NCBI GenBank assembly: GCA_021782915.1
Contig: JAJXUK010000003.1
Span: forward strand, 18,937-82,936
DNA: 64,000 nt
Direction: 5' to 3'
From: Actinomycetes bacterium
Lineage (GTDB): Bacteria > Actinomycetota > Acidimicrobiia > Acidimicrobiales > RAAP-2
Shown here: positions 22,930 to 33,198 of the stretch, piece after piece
Numbering within the stretch: position 1 is the stretch's first letter
How the letters are laid out: each line of letters opens with the position of its first letter
The notes under the pieces: generated by a model
Told to the model about the DNA's origin: nothing
Seen by the model: only the letters and a program-made list of their open reading frames with translations
The model's database searches: none
Program-made: the position numbers and the translations under genes

Positions 22930-23005
22930 TGGAGCCTGGGGTGGGAATCGAACCCACGACCTGCGCATTACGAATGCGCTGCTCTGCCGGCTGAGCTACC
23001 CAGGC
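22930..23005 (-). tRNA. tRNA-Thr (anticodon CGU), CCA encoded
   Basis: Hand-folded cloverleaf. Acceptor GCCTGGG/CCCAGGC, D-arm GCTC/GAGC, anticodon stem GCGCA/TGCGC with loop TTCGTAA, T-arm GTGGG-TTCGATT-CCCAC, discriminator T, CCA. Confidence 0.9.
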
Positions 23006-23033
23006 GTAGGGCGTCAGCCTAGCCGAGACCGCG

Positions 23034-24098
23034 CTAGAGGGCGCCCAGCGAGATCATCAAGTCGGCCAACAGGAGGGTCTCGTCGACGTTGCGTGACAGG
23101 CGTCGCGCCGCGGCGTCGATGAGCTCGAGGGCCCCGAGGGCGCCGCTCGCGCGCTGGCGGCCCCGCGCACTGGGATCCTCGAGCGCGATGGCCAGTCGGT
23201 CCCGGTAGACGCGCGCGAGCGCACTCAGGCCGAAGCGCAACTCCTCGAGGCGAAAGCGGCGCTGCTCGCGCTTGAACTGGGCCTCCAGCTCGCGCTTGGT
23301 GCCCACGCGCACCGCCTCGGCCTGGCGCCGGGCGAGCTCGCTCTCCTGCAACGCCACCAGGGGCGCCATCGCCCCGTCGAGCGCGCTGGTGATCTGGCCC
23401 ACCAGCTCCATCGCCGAGGCCGGGGTGCCGCCCAGGTGCTCGGGGACCTCGCGCCAGGTCGCGATGCGCTGGGCCAGCGCCTCGTCGGCCACGAGCACGC
23501 GGGCTCGCTGCAGGTCTCCACCGGCCGCCCCGGCGGCCAGGCGGGCGCGAGCCTCGGGGGCCCCCTCGCGCACCAGGCTCTCGAGCAGGTCCGACTCGCC
23601 CAGCGCCCGCAGGCGCACCTCGACGCATCGCGAGACGATCGTGATGAGCTCGGGCGGCGTCTCGGTCGCACTGAGCACGAAGATCGTTCGTCCGGGAGGC
23701 TCTTCGAGCGTCTTGAGCAGCGCCGGCGCCGAGGGGGCCGCGCCGCTGGTCGTGAGCTCGACGTCAGGAATCACCACGACCTGGTAGCCCTCGCCGATCG
23801 GGCGCCGACGCGCCACGCGCTCGGCCTCGCGCAGCTCGTCCACGCGCCAGGAGACCCCGGCGCGCTCGGCCACGTAGACGTCCGGGTCCGTGCCCCCCAG
23901 CACCCGGCGACAGTGCTCGCAGTGCCCGCAGCCGTGATCGGGGCACTGCAGGCCGGCGACGAGGGCCGTCACCGCCGCCTCGGCCCCCACCCCGGCGGGG
24001 GCGGTGATGAGATAGGCGTGCCCGGGATGGCGCGCGTGGTGGCGCAGCGCCGCGGCCGCCTCGGGCTGGGCGACGAGGACCTCGAAGACGTCGCTCAC
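23034..24098 (-). CDS. holB: DNA polymerase III subunit delta prime
   Basis: 354 aa from GTG 24098 (VSDVFEVLVAQPEAAAAL...). HAYLITAPAGVG, Zn module CPDHGCGHCEHC, SRC-like SRCVEV. GTGA overlap with the tmk stop. Confidence 0.85.
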   Translation of the reverse strand: MSDVFEVLVAQPEAAAALRHHARHPGHAYLITAPAGVGAEAAVTALVAGLQCPDHGCGHCEHCRRVLGGTDPDVYVAERAGVSWRVDELREAERVARRRPIGEGYQVVVIPDVELTTSGAAPSAPALLKTLEEPPGRTIFVLSATETPPELITIVSRCVEVRLRALGESDLLESLVREGAPEARARLAAGAAGGDLQRARVLVADEALAQRIATWREVPEHLGGTPASAMELVGQITSALDGAMAPLVALQESELARRQAEAVRVGTKRELEAQFKREQRRFRLEELRFGLSALARVYRDRLAIALEDPSARGRQRASGALGALELIDAAARRLSRNVDETLLLADLMISLGAL

Positions 24099-24694
24099 GA
24101 CCAGTCCAGCTCGTCGAGGCGCTCGTCGACGAGGCGAGCGACCTGCTCGACATCGAGCGACGCGTCGACGACGAACCAGCGTGACGGCTCCGCGGCGGCC
24201 ATGGCGAGGTAGCCGTGGCGCACCCGCTCGTGGAAGGCCGCGTCGGCGGACTCGAAGCGATCCCGGTGATCGAGCGCTCGGCGCTCGACGGCCACCTCGA
24301 GCGAGATGTCGAGCAGCACCGTCAGGTCCGGCCAGCACGTGCCGACGGCGAGATCCGTGGCCGCGCGCAGCTCCTCGAGGTCCACCCCGCGCCCGTAGCC
24401 CTGGTAGGCCAGAGACGACGCGGCGAAGCGATCGCTCACCACGCTGCGCCCGGCTTCGAGGGCGGGCTCGATCAGCGTGCGCACGTGATGCGAGCGATCC
24501 GTCAGCATGAGCAGCGCCTCCGTGACCGGCGACATCGGCGTGGCCGCGTCCAGCACCCATCGGCGCAGGTCGGCGCCCATCAGCGAGTCGCCCGGCTCGA
24601 AGGTGAACAGCGCGTCGCGCGCGGAGGCCACGCGCCGGGCCTGGGTGGACTTGCCGCAGCCGTCGCCGCCCTCGAAGGCGACGAAGACGCTCAC
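24095..24694 (-). CDS. tmk: thymidylate kinase
   Basis: 199 aa, FVAFEGGDGCGKSTQ P-loop, and the DRF/DR motif region. Confidence 0.9.
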   Translation of the reverse strand: MSVFVAFEGGDGCGKSTQARRVASARDALFTFEPGDSLMGADLRRWVLDAATPMSPVTEALLMLTDRSHHVRTLIEPALEAGRSVVSDRFAASSLAYQGYGRGVDLEELRAATDLAVGTCWPDLTVLLDISLEVAVERRALDHRDRFESADAAFHERVRHGYLAMAAAEPSRWFVVDASLDVEQVARLVDERLDELDWS

Positions 24695-27516
24695 GACTCT
24701 CGCGCCTCGGCCGCCGCCAGCAGCGCGGCGTTGCTGGCCTTGCCCCGCCCGACACTGGAGCGGCGCTGCGCGGTGCTGGTCGCCGAGGCGGCGCTCGACT
24801 TGGTGGTCGCGGCCGTCTTGGCGCCCGCCTTGGTGGACGACGCCTTCTTCGTCGCGGACCGCTTCGCGCCCGCCTTGCTGGCGCGCGGCTTCTTCGCCGC
24901 GGCCGTGGCCGCACTGGGGCGTCGGCGCGTGGAGGGCTCGGCGTTGCGCCGCTCGGCCAGCAGCTCACAGGCCCGGTCCAGCGTGATCGACTCGACCGTG
25001 TCGCCCAGGCGCAGCGTGGCGTTGGACTCACCGTCCGTGACGTAGGGGCCAAAGCGACCGGTGCGCACCAGGACCGCGCGCCGGGTCACCGGGTCCTCGC
25101 CCAGCTCGCGCAGCGGCCCGGCCGCCGCGCGGCGCCCGCGGGCCTTGGGCTGGGCCAGCAGGGCCACGGCCTCGTCGAGTTGAATCGTGAAGATCTGCTC
25201 CTCGCTGGCCAGTGAGCGCGTCTCCTTGCCCCACGTCAGGTAGGGCCCGTAGCGGCCGTTCTGGGCCAGTATCGCCTCGCCGTTCTGCGGGTGCGCACCG
25301 ACCTCGCGCGGCAGGCTCAGCAGGGCCAGGGCCTGGGCGAGGGTGACGGTCTCCGGGCTCATCGAGCTGAAGAGCGAGGCCGTCGCGGGCTTCTCCTGAC
25401 CCTCGCCGGCCTCGCCGCGCTGCACGTAGGGCCCGTAGCGCCCGGTGCGCACCAGGATGCTCACGCCCGCCTCGTCGAGGCCGAGCTCGCGGTCGCCCGA
25501 GGGCGCGGCCAAGAGCTCGAGGGCGCGCGCGACGCTGAGCGAGTCGGGCTCGGTCGCCTCGGGGATCGAGACGCGGTCCTCGCCGTGCACCAGGTAGGGC
25601 CCGTAGCGCCCCGAGCGCACCGAGACGGCCAGTCCGTCCGGGGCCACGCCCAGCTCGAGCGAGTTGATCGCGGCGAAGTCGAAGTCGTGCTCGGCGTGGG
25701 CCACTCGCTCCAGGCCCTGACGCGCGAACTCGGTGCTCGCGCGCGGGTCGCCGAAGTAGAAGCGCGCGAGCCACGGCTCGAGCTCGGCGCGCCCCTCGGC
25801 GATGTCGTCCAGGGCGTCCTCCATGGCCGCGGTGAACTGGTAGTCCACCAGGTCCGCGAAGTAGGTCCGCAGCAGGTTCACCACCGCGAAGGCTCGGAAC
25901 GCCGGCACCAGGGACTTGCCCTTCTTCCACACGTAGCCGCGCCGATCGATCGTCTTCATGACCGACGCGTAGGTCGAGGGTCTCCCGATGCCCAGGTCCT
26001 CGAGCTTCTTGATCAGCGTGGCCTCCGAGTAGCGATCCGGGGGCTGGGTGTCGTGGCCCTTGGCCTCGGTGGCGCCGACGTGGGCCGTGTCGCCCTCGGC
26101 GAGCACCGGCAGGATCCTCTCCTGGTCGGCCAGCTCGGCCTCCGGGTCGTCGGCGCCCTCGACGTAGGCGCGCCGAAAGCCGGCAAAGCCGATGCGCAGC
26201 CCGCTGGCCACCAGGCCCACCACGCGCGCCTCGGTGGTGCCGGCCACGCCGGTGACGACGGCGCTGAGGCGCACCCGGTCCTGGGTCAGCTGGGCGTCGA
26301 CCATCTGCGAGGCAATCGTGCGCTTCCAGATCAGCTCGTAGAGCGCGCGCTCGTCACCGGGCAGCGCCGCGGCCTCCTCCAGGGAGCGGAACTCCTCACC
26401 GGCCGGGCGGATCGCCTCGTGCGCCTCCTGGGCGTTCTTGACCTTGCGGTCGTAGCGCCGCGGCAACTCGGGCACGTAGTCGTCGCCGAAGGTCGCCGCC
26501 GCGATGGCCCGGGCCGCCGCGATGGCCTCGCCCGACAGGGTCGTCGAGTCCGTGCGCATGTAGGTGATCCAGCCCTGCTCGTAGAGCCGCTGAGCCGCGC
26601 GCATCGTGCGCTCGGGATCAAAGCGCAGCTTGCGGCTGGCCTCGATCTGCAGCGACGAGGTCATGAAGGGCGCCTGGGGCCGCTGGGTGCGCGGGGTGGA
26701 CGTGACGGACTCCACTCGCGCGCTCGCGCCGTCCAGGCCGTGCGCGATCGCCTCGGCGGCGGCCTCGCCCAGCACCGTCACGTCCTGAGCCACCAGCTCA
26801 CCCGAGGCGTCGAAGCTCTTGCCACTGGCCAGGGGGACCCCGTCGACGCTCTCGAGGGTCGCCTCGAAGCTCGCGTCGCGCACCTCAAGCGTCGCGGTGA
26901 CGTCGAACCACGTGGCCGAGGTGAAGGCCATGCGCTCGCGCTCGCGCTCGCAGACCAGGCGGATGGCCACGGACTGCACCCGCCCGGCCGAGCGGGCCTT
27001 GTCCACCGCGCGCCACAGCACCGGGGAGACCTCGTAGCCCACCAGGCGGTCCAGGAAGCGCCGACCCTCCTGGGCGTCCACCAGGCGCAGGTCCAGCTCG
27101 CGCGTCTCGCGCACCGCGCGCTCGATGGCGCCCGGGGTGATCTCGTGAAAGACCATCCGCTTGACGGGCACCTTGGGGCTGAGCAGCTCGCGCAGGTGCC
27201 AGGCGATCGCCTCGCCCTCGCGGTCCTCGTCCGTGGCCAGGTAGAGCTCGTCGACCTGCTTGAGGGCACCCTTGAGCTCGCTGACAACCTTCTTGCGATC
27301 GCTGCTGACGACGTAGACCGGCTTGAAGTGGTCGTGCACGTTGATGCCCAGGCGCGCCCACTTCTCGCCCTTGACCGACTCGGGGATCTCCGCGGCGCTC
27401 TCGGGCAGGTCACGCACGTGGCCGATGGAGGGCTTGACGATGTAGTCAGGGCCCAGCATGCCCTGGATGCGCGTGGCCTTGGCCACGGACTCCACGATCA
27501 CCAGCGCTCGGGCCAT
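24691..27516 (-). CDS. topA: DNA topoisomerase I with Lys/Ala/Ser/Thr-rich C-terminal tail
   Basis: 941 aa. TOPRIM N-terminus (LVIVESVAKA, DEDREGE), catalytic region YITYMRTDS, repeated C-terminal GRYGPY/GRFGPY modules, and a basic tail (AAKKPRASKAGAKRSATKKASSTKAGAK). Confidence 0.95.
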   Translation of the reverse strand: MARALVIVESVAKATRIQGMLGPDYIVKPSIGHVRDLPESAAEIPESVKGEKWARLGINVHDHFKPVYVVSSDRKKVVSELKGALKQVDELYLATDEDREGEAIAWHLRELLSPKVPVKRMVFHEITPGAIERAVRETRELDLRLVDAQEGRRFLDRLVGYEVSPVLWRAVDKARSAGRVQSVAIRLVCERERERMAFTSATWFDVTATLEVRDASFEATLESVDGVPLASGKSFDASGELVAQDVTVLGEAAAEAIAHGLDGASARVESVTSTPRTQRPQAPFMTSSLQIEASRKLRFDPERTMRAAQRLYEQGWITYMRTDSTTLSGEAIAAARAIAAATFGDDYVPELPRRYDRKVKNAQEAHEAIRPAGEEFRSLEEAAALPGDERALYELIWKRTIASQMVDAQLTQDRVRLSAVVTGVAGTTEARVVGLVASGLRIGFAGFRRAYVEGADDPEAELADQERILPVLAEGDTAHVGATEAKGHDTQPPDRYSEATLIKKLEDLGIGRPSTYASVMKTIDRRGYVWKKGKSLVPAFRAFAVVNLLRTYFADLVDYQFTAAMEDALDDIAEGRAELEPWLARFYFGDPRASTEFARQGLERVAHAEHDFDFAAINSLELGVAPDGLAVSVRSGRYGPYLVHGEDRVSIPEATEPDSLSVARALELLAAPSGDRELGLDEAGVSILVRTGRYGPYVQRGEAGEGQEKPATASLFSSMSPETVTLAQALALLSLPREVGAHPQNGEAILAQNGRYGPYLTWGKETRSLASEEQIFTIQLDEAVALLAQPKARGRRAAAGPLRELGEDPVTRRAVLVRTGRFGPYVTDGESNATLRLGDTVESITLDRACELLAERRNAEPSTRRRPSAATAAAKKPRASKAGAKRSATKKASSTKAGAKTAATTKSSAASATSTAQRRSSVGRGKASNAALLAAAEARES

Positions 27517-27571
27517 TCACCACCTCCCGGGGTCACAATTTGCCCTACAACCTAGACACACCGAGCGAGCC

Positions 27572-27587
27572 CCCCGGCGCACCGGGG
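27572..27587 (-). terminator. GC hairpin between the permease gene and topA
   Basis: CCCCGG-CGCA-CCGGGG, 10 nt downstream of the stop of the 27598-30003 gene. No U-tract, so any terminator function is uncertain. Confidence 0.3.
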
Positions 27588-27597
27588 TCGCGGCGGC

Positions 27598-30003
27598 CTA
27601 CTCTTCGCCCGCCGGACCAGCGACGATCTCGTACTGGGGATTGAGGATCACCGCCTCACGGCGCATCGCGGTGACGGTCCCCTTGACCAGCAGGCGCGTG
27701 CCGCGCTCGATGCCCGGGACCTGGCTGCGGCCCTGGAAGACCAGGGTCACCGAGCCGGTGTGGTCCGCGATCACGCAGCGCAGTTCCTGGCCGCCGAACT
27801 CGTGGCTCAGAGCCATCGCGCGCACGCGCCCGGCGATCTCGGCGTACTGGCGCTCCTTGAGCGCCCCGATCGGGAAGGCCCCACCCGAGCGCTCGGCGAG
27901 CTTGACGTCCGGGCCCAGGTGCGCGTCCTCGCGCAGGCCCCCGCGCTGGACCTCGTCGCTCATGGCCTCCGGGGCGTGCGTGCCCGCCACGACGCGCGGT
28001 GGGCCCATCCGGTACGGGATGATCGTGGCCGCCGTGCGCGGCACGTGCATGACCGCCCCGGCGATCGCGTCGGCCGTGCGGTCGTGCAGCAGGCGCTGCA
28101 GGCGGCTCGAGAAGCCCCGGCGGGGCAGGATGACCATGCAGAAGACGTCCGGGTCGCGCACCACGTCGGCCACGAGCTCCAGCGCGGCGCGGTCCACGCG
28201 TCGGTCCTCGCACTCGACGATCTCCAGGCTGATGCCGGCCGAGGCGGTGTTGGGCGCGCCCCAGGCGGCCTCGAGGCGCTTGGTGACCGCCGGGTCGATG
28301 TCGAAGTGCACGGCGCGGATCGAGTAGGCGTTCAGCGTCGCGCAGTAGCGCAGGGCCCGCTCGGTGACCAGGTCGTAGCTGTCCACGAAGACCAGCACGC
28401 GGTTCATGCGGATCTGCATCGGCGCGCGCGCGCTGGTGGCGGCGAAGGCCGCGTCCTCGCGCTCGTACTGGCGGTTGAAGCGCACCAGGCCCCAGTACAT
28501 CAGCGGGCCGACCACCACGACGATCCAGGCGCCCTCGGTGAACTTGGCGACGGCGAACACCAGCACGACGATCGCCGTGACCGTCGCCGAGGTCGCGTTG
28601 GCGATCGCGCCGAAGCGCCAGCGGCCGACTCGCTCACGCAGGTGGCGCTTCACCATGCCCAGGCCGGCCATCGTGAACCCGGTGAACACCCCGATCGCGT
28701 AGAGCGAGATGAGCCCGTTGACCTGGGCGCGAAAGACGATGATCAAGCTGAGCGAGACGATGCCCAGCACGATGATGCCGTTGGAGAAGGCCAGGCGGTG
28801 CCCGCGCTTGGTGAGCTGGCGCGGCAGGTACTTGTCGCTGGCCACGTAGTTGGCCAGGAACGGAAATCCGTTGAAGGACGTGTTGCCCCCGGTGTAGAGG
28901 ATGAGCAGGGTGGCGAACTGGACCAGGTAGAAGATCGCGTGGCCGACGCCGTGGCTCCCGAAGACGTCCAGCACCTCCTGGGAGACCACCGTCGGGGTGC
29001 CCGCCGCGTAGGGCAGGGCGTGCGTCCAGGCGGCCAGCAGCGTCACGCCCAGCAGCAGGAAGGCCAGCACGCTGGACATGACCACCAGGGTGACGCGCGC
29101 GTTGGGCGACTCGGGGCGCCGGAAGCTGGCCACACCGTTGGAGATGGCCTCCAGTCCGGTCAGCGACGAGCCCCCGTTGGCGTAGGCGCGCATCAGCGTG
29201 ATGAAGGCCAGGCCCATCAGGATCCCGGACCCGCGCTGGCCGAGGCGTCCGTCCACCAGCAGGTGCAGGGGGGGCTGGGCGATGACGTGCAGGGTGCCCA
29301 GGGCCTTCTTCACGTAGCCCACGATGATCGTCGTTCCCATCATGGCCACGAAGAAGTAGGTGGGCAGGGCGAAGTAGCTGCCGGCCTCGCGCAGCCCGCG
29401 CAGGTTGCCGTAGATGAGCACGAGCACGATGCCCGCGGTGATGGGCACGGTGTAGGGGGTCAGACCCGGCACCGCCGAGGTCAGCGCGGCCGTGCCGGCC
29501 GAGCACTGCACGGCCACCGTGACGATGTAGTCGATCAGCAGCGCGACCGCGGCGATCTGGGCGATGCGGGGCCCGAAGTTGTCGCGCGCGACCACGTAGG
29601 AGCCCCCGGCGCTCGTGTAGTACTTGATCACGTCCATGTAGGACGTGGTGACGAAGAAGAGCACGCCCAGGATCACGAACATGATCGGCACGACCAGCGA
29701 GAACGCGGCCAGGCCGATGAAGGGCGTGAGCTGGACCAGGATCTCCTCGGTGCCGTAGGCCGAGGACGAGATGCAGTCCGGCGCGAGCACGCCCAGGGCC
29801 GCCAGCTTGCTCAGGCGCTCGCCGCCGAGCTGCTCGGTGACGTAGGGACGTCCCAGCAGCAGGCGCTTGAGGCGGTATCCCAGGGTCTCCGGATAGACGA
29901 TGTTGACGTTGGCGTGACTCGTCAGGACCCGGGTGGACTCGGCGATCTGCTTGTCGGCCTCTGACACGTGCAAAAGACTAAGCGACGCGGCGGGGCGGAC
30001 CAC
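27598..30003 (-). CDS. APC-superfamily permease fused to a C-terminal OB-fold domain
   Basis: 801 aa. About 12 TM APC core (GVLAPDCISSSAYGTEEIL), a cytoplasmic middle domain, then C-terminal AEIAGRVRAM...CVIADHTGSVTLVFQGRSQVPGIERGTRLLVKGTV...ILNPQYEIV. Alternative GTG start at 29967. Confidence 0.8.
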   Translation of the reverse strand: MVRPAASLSLLHVSEADKQIAESTRVLTSHANVNIVYPETLGYRLKRLLLGRPYVTEQLGGERLSKLAALGVLAPDCISSSAYGTEEILVQLTPFIGLAAFSLVVPIMFVILGVLFFVTTSYMDVIKYYTSAGGSYVVARDNFGPRIAQIAAVALLIDYIVTVAVQCSAGTAALTSAVPGLTPYTVPITAGIVLVLIYGNLRGLREAGSYFALPTYFFVAMMGTTIIVGYVKKALGTLHVIAQPPLHLLVDGRLGQRGSGILMGLAFITLMRAYANGGSSLTGLEAISNGVASFRRPESPNARVTLVVMSSVLAFLLLGVTLLAAWTHALPYAAGTPTVVSQEVLDVFGSHGVGHAIFYLVQFATLLILYTGGNTSFNGFPFLANYVASDKYLPRQLTKRGHRLAFSNGIIVLGIVSLSLIIVFRAQVNGLISLYAIGVFTGFTMAGLGMVKRHLRERVGRWRFGAIANATSATVTAIVVLVFAVAKFTEGAWIVVVVGPLMYWGLVRFNRQYEREDAAFAATSARAPMQIRMNRVLVFVDSYDLVTERALRYCATLNAYSIRAVHFDIDPAVTKRLEAAWGAPNTASAGISLEIVECEDRRVDRAALELVADVVRDPDVFCMVILPRRGFSSRLQRLLHDRTADAIAGAVMHVPRTAATIIPYRMGPPRVVAGTHAPEAMSDEVQRGGLREDAHLGPDVKLAERSGGAFPIGALKERQYAEIAGRVRAMALSHEFGGQELRCVIADHTGSVTLVFQGRSQVPGIERGTRLLVKGTVTAMRREAVILNPQYEIVAGPAGEE

Positions 30004-30053
30004 GTACGACGCCGTGTTTGCACGGGCCGGACCCGCTGTGGTCCAATGTCCCG

Positions 30054-30707
30054 GTGCACATCGTGGTGGTCGGCTGTGGCCGAGTGGGCTCGGAGCTGGC
30101 CATGCAGCTCTCCGACGACGGTCACTCCGTGGTCATCATCGACAAGAACAAGGACTCCTTCCGTCGCCTGACGCGCTATCACGGGCGCACCCTGCACGGC
30201 TCGGGCTTCGACCGCGACGTGCTGCAGAAGGCCGAGGCCTCTCAGGCCGACGCGCTGGCCGCGGTGACCAGCGGGGACAACACCAACATCCTCTGCGCGC
30301 GCATCGCGCGGGACAACTACCACATCAAGAACGTCGTGGCGCGCATCTACGACCCCCAGCGCGCCGAGATCTACATGAAGCTCGGCATCCCCACCGTGGC
30401 CACCTCGCTGTGGACAACCCAGCAGGTCAAGCGCTGGATGCTGCCCAGCGACGAGTCCGTCGAGTGGACCGACGGGGCCGGCTCCATGCACCTGGTCGAG
30501 CGCATCGTGCCCGACCACCTGGCCGGGCGCCGACTCGAGGAGTTCAGCCTCAGCGCGCGCGTGCGGGTGGTGGGCCTCATCCGCGGCAGCACCGGGCGCG
30601 TGGACCTCGAGGGCCTGTTCGCCCAGGAGGACGACATGCTCGAGTTCATGGTCCTCGGCCACCAGGGCATGGACGAGCTGCGCGCGTTCTTGGAGGTCCC
30701 CTCGTGA
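30054..30707 (+). CDS. trkA: Trk/Ktr-type potassium uptake NAD-binding subunit
   Basis: GTG 30054, VHIVVVGCGRVGSELA Rossmann plus RCK_C. The ORF-track start at 30018 adds 12 aa. Confidence 0.85.
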   Translation: MHIVVVGCGRVGSELAMQLSDDGHSVVIIDKNKDSFRRLTRYHGRTLHGSGFDRDVLQKAEASQADALAAVTSGDNTNILCARIARDNYHIKNVVARIYDPQRAEIYMKLGIPTVATSLWTTQQVKRWMLPSDESVEWTDGAGSMHLVERIVPDHLAGRRLEEFSLSARVRVVGLIRGSTGRVDLEGLFAQEDDMLEFMVLGHQGMDELRAFLEVPS

Positions 30708-31372
30708 GAGTCGTCATCGCCGGGGGCGGATCCGTGGGCACCGCGATCGCGCTGGATCTCATCGACCGGCACCACGACGTGGCCCTGCTCGAGCAGGACA
30801 GCGACCGGGCCGAGCGCATCCGGGCCTTCCTGCCCGGGGTCAACGTCATGGCCGCGGACGCCTGCGAGTACGCGTGCCTGGTCACGGCCGACCTGCGCAG
30901 CGCCGACGTGGTGATCGCGGCCACCGGCGACGACGAGGACAACCTGGTCGTCTCCTGGCTGTCCAAGCAGGAGTTCGGCGTGCCGCGCGTCATCGCGCGC
31001 ATCAACAACTCTCGCAACGAGTGGCTCTTCAACGCCAGCTGGGGCGTGGACGTCTCGGTCTCCACGCCCGCGCTGATCACCTCGCTAGTGGACGAGGCGG
31101 TCGAGGTCGGCTCGATCATCAAGCTCCTCGACCTGGTCGACGGCAAGATGAAGCTCATCGAGGTCACCCTGGCCGCCAGCGCACCCGCGGTGGCCCAGGG
31201 CCTCACGCTGGACGAGCTGCGCCTGAGCGACGCGGTACGCGTGGTGGTGGTCGTGCGCGCCGAGCAGCCGCTCACCCCGAGCCCGACGATGCGCTTCCTC
31301 GAGCACGACCACGTCATCCTGATGGCGCGCGCGGGGGCGACCCAGGACTGCGCGGACGCCTTCATCGGCTGA
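30704..31372 (+). CDS. trkA: Trk/Ktr-type potassium uptake NAD-binding subunit (second copy)
   Basis: GTG 30704 (GTGA overlap with the previous stop). VRVVIAGGGSVGTAIA Rossmann plus RCK_C. Confidence 0.85.
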   Translation: MRVVIAGGGSVGTAIALDLIDRHHDVALLEQDSDRAERIRAFLPGVNVMAADACEYACLVTADLRSADVVIAATGDDEDNLVVSWLSKQEFGVPRVIARINNSRNEWLFNASWGVDVSVSTPALITSLVDEAVEVGSIIKLLDLVDGKMKLIEVTLAASAPAVAQGLTLDELRLSDAVRVVVVVRAEQPLTPSPTMRFLEHDHVILMARAGATQDCADAFIG

Positions 31373-31408
31373 GGGGCCCCTGCGGGCCCCGAGACCTAGC
31401 ATTGGCCC

Positions 31409-32179
31409 GTGAGAGCGGCCTTCTTCGACTTGGACAAGACGGTCATCGCCAAGTCCTCCCTGGTCGCCCTCGGCCCGGCCTTCCACGCGCGCGGGCTGCT
31501 GCAGCGACGCACGCTGGTCTGGGCGGTCTTTCGCCAGCTGCTCTTCATGCGCTTCGGCGCCGACGAGAAGCGCCTGACCAAGTACCGCGAGGCGGTGCTC
31601 AAGGTCACCAAGGGCTGGGACCGCGACGAGGTGCGCGCCCTGGTGGACGAGACGATCAACCACGTGATCGAGCCGCTCATCTACGACGAGGCCCTGGACC
31701 TGATCGACCAGCACCGCATCGCCGGCGACGAGGTCTGGCTCGTCTCGATGGCCCCCGAGGAGATCGTCGCGCCCTTCGCGGTGATCCTGGGCATCACCGG
31801 GGCGATCGCCTCGCGCGCCACGGTGGACGAGAACGGCAAGTTCACCGGGGAGATGGAGTTCTTCGCCCAGGGCGAGAACAAGGCGCACGCGATCGTGGAG
31901 CTGGCCAAGAGCCGCGACCTGGACCTGAGCGAGTGCTACGCCTACTCGGACTCCGAGACCGACGTCGGCATGCTCGAGGTCGTCGGGCACCCCTTCGCGG
32001 TCAACCCGGACCGCACCCTGGCGCGCATCGCGGCCGAGCGGAACTGGCCGGTGTTGAGCTTCACCCACCCGGTGCGCGCGCACGACCGCTCACGCACTCG
32101 CACGCCGTTCCTGCTCAGCGCGATCATCATCGGCTTCGCCGCCCTGGCCGGCCAGGCGCGCCTGCGCCGACGGCCCTAG
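31409..32179 (+). CDS. HAD-IB family hydrolase (SerB-like) with C-terminal hydrophobic anchor
   Basis: 256 aa. Motif I FFDLDKTV, motif IV YSDSETD, C-terminal FLLSAIIIGFAALAG. Confidence 0.75.
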   Translation: MRAAFFDLDKTVIAKSSLVALGPAFHARGLLQRRTLVWAVFRQLLFMRFGADEKRLTKYREAVLKVTKGWDRDEVRALVDETINHVIEPLIYDEALDLIDQHRIAGDEVWLVSMAPEEIVAPFAVILGITGAIASRATVDENGKFTGEMEFFAQGENKAHAIVELAKSRDLDLSECYAYSDSETDVGMLEVVGHPFAVNPDRTLARIAAERNWPVLSFTHPVRAHDRSRTRTPFLLSAIIIGFAALAGQARLRRRP

Positions 32180-32187
32180 CGGGGCGT

Positions 32188-33141
<954 letters not shown>

Positions 33142-33198
33142 CTGAAGCCTCCCTCGCCGGTTCCTCCGCCACTCAGAGTTATACGGGGGTAGGCAACC

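Noticed and set aside
24099-25052. N-terminal 318 aa of the 672-aa ORF 23034-25052
   Set aside because: This part is Arg/Pro/Ala-rich and overlaps tmk and the topA 3' end out of frame. Recognisable DNA polymerase III delta-prime sequence begins at GTG 24098, in a GTGA overlap with the tmk stop.
27572-27587. The near-identical hairpin motif CCCCGGCGCACCGGG(G) also occurs as a reverse complement at 59150-59164 and in variant form at 59209-59225. I considered it a REP-like dispersed element.
   Set aside because: There are only three short GC-only copies in 64 kb of about 70 percent GC DNA, so chance recurrence cannot be excluded without a genome-wide count.
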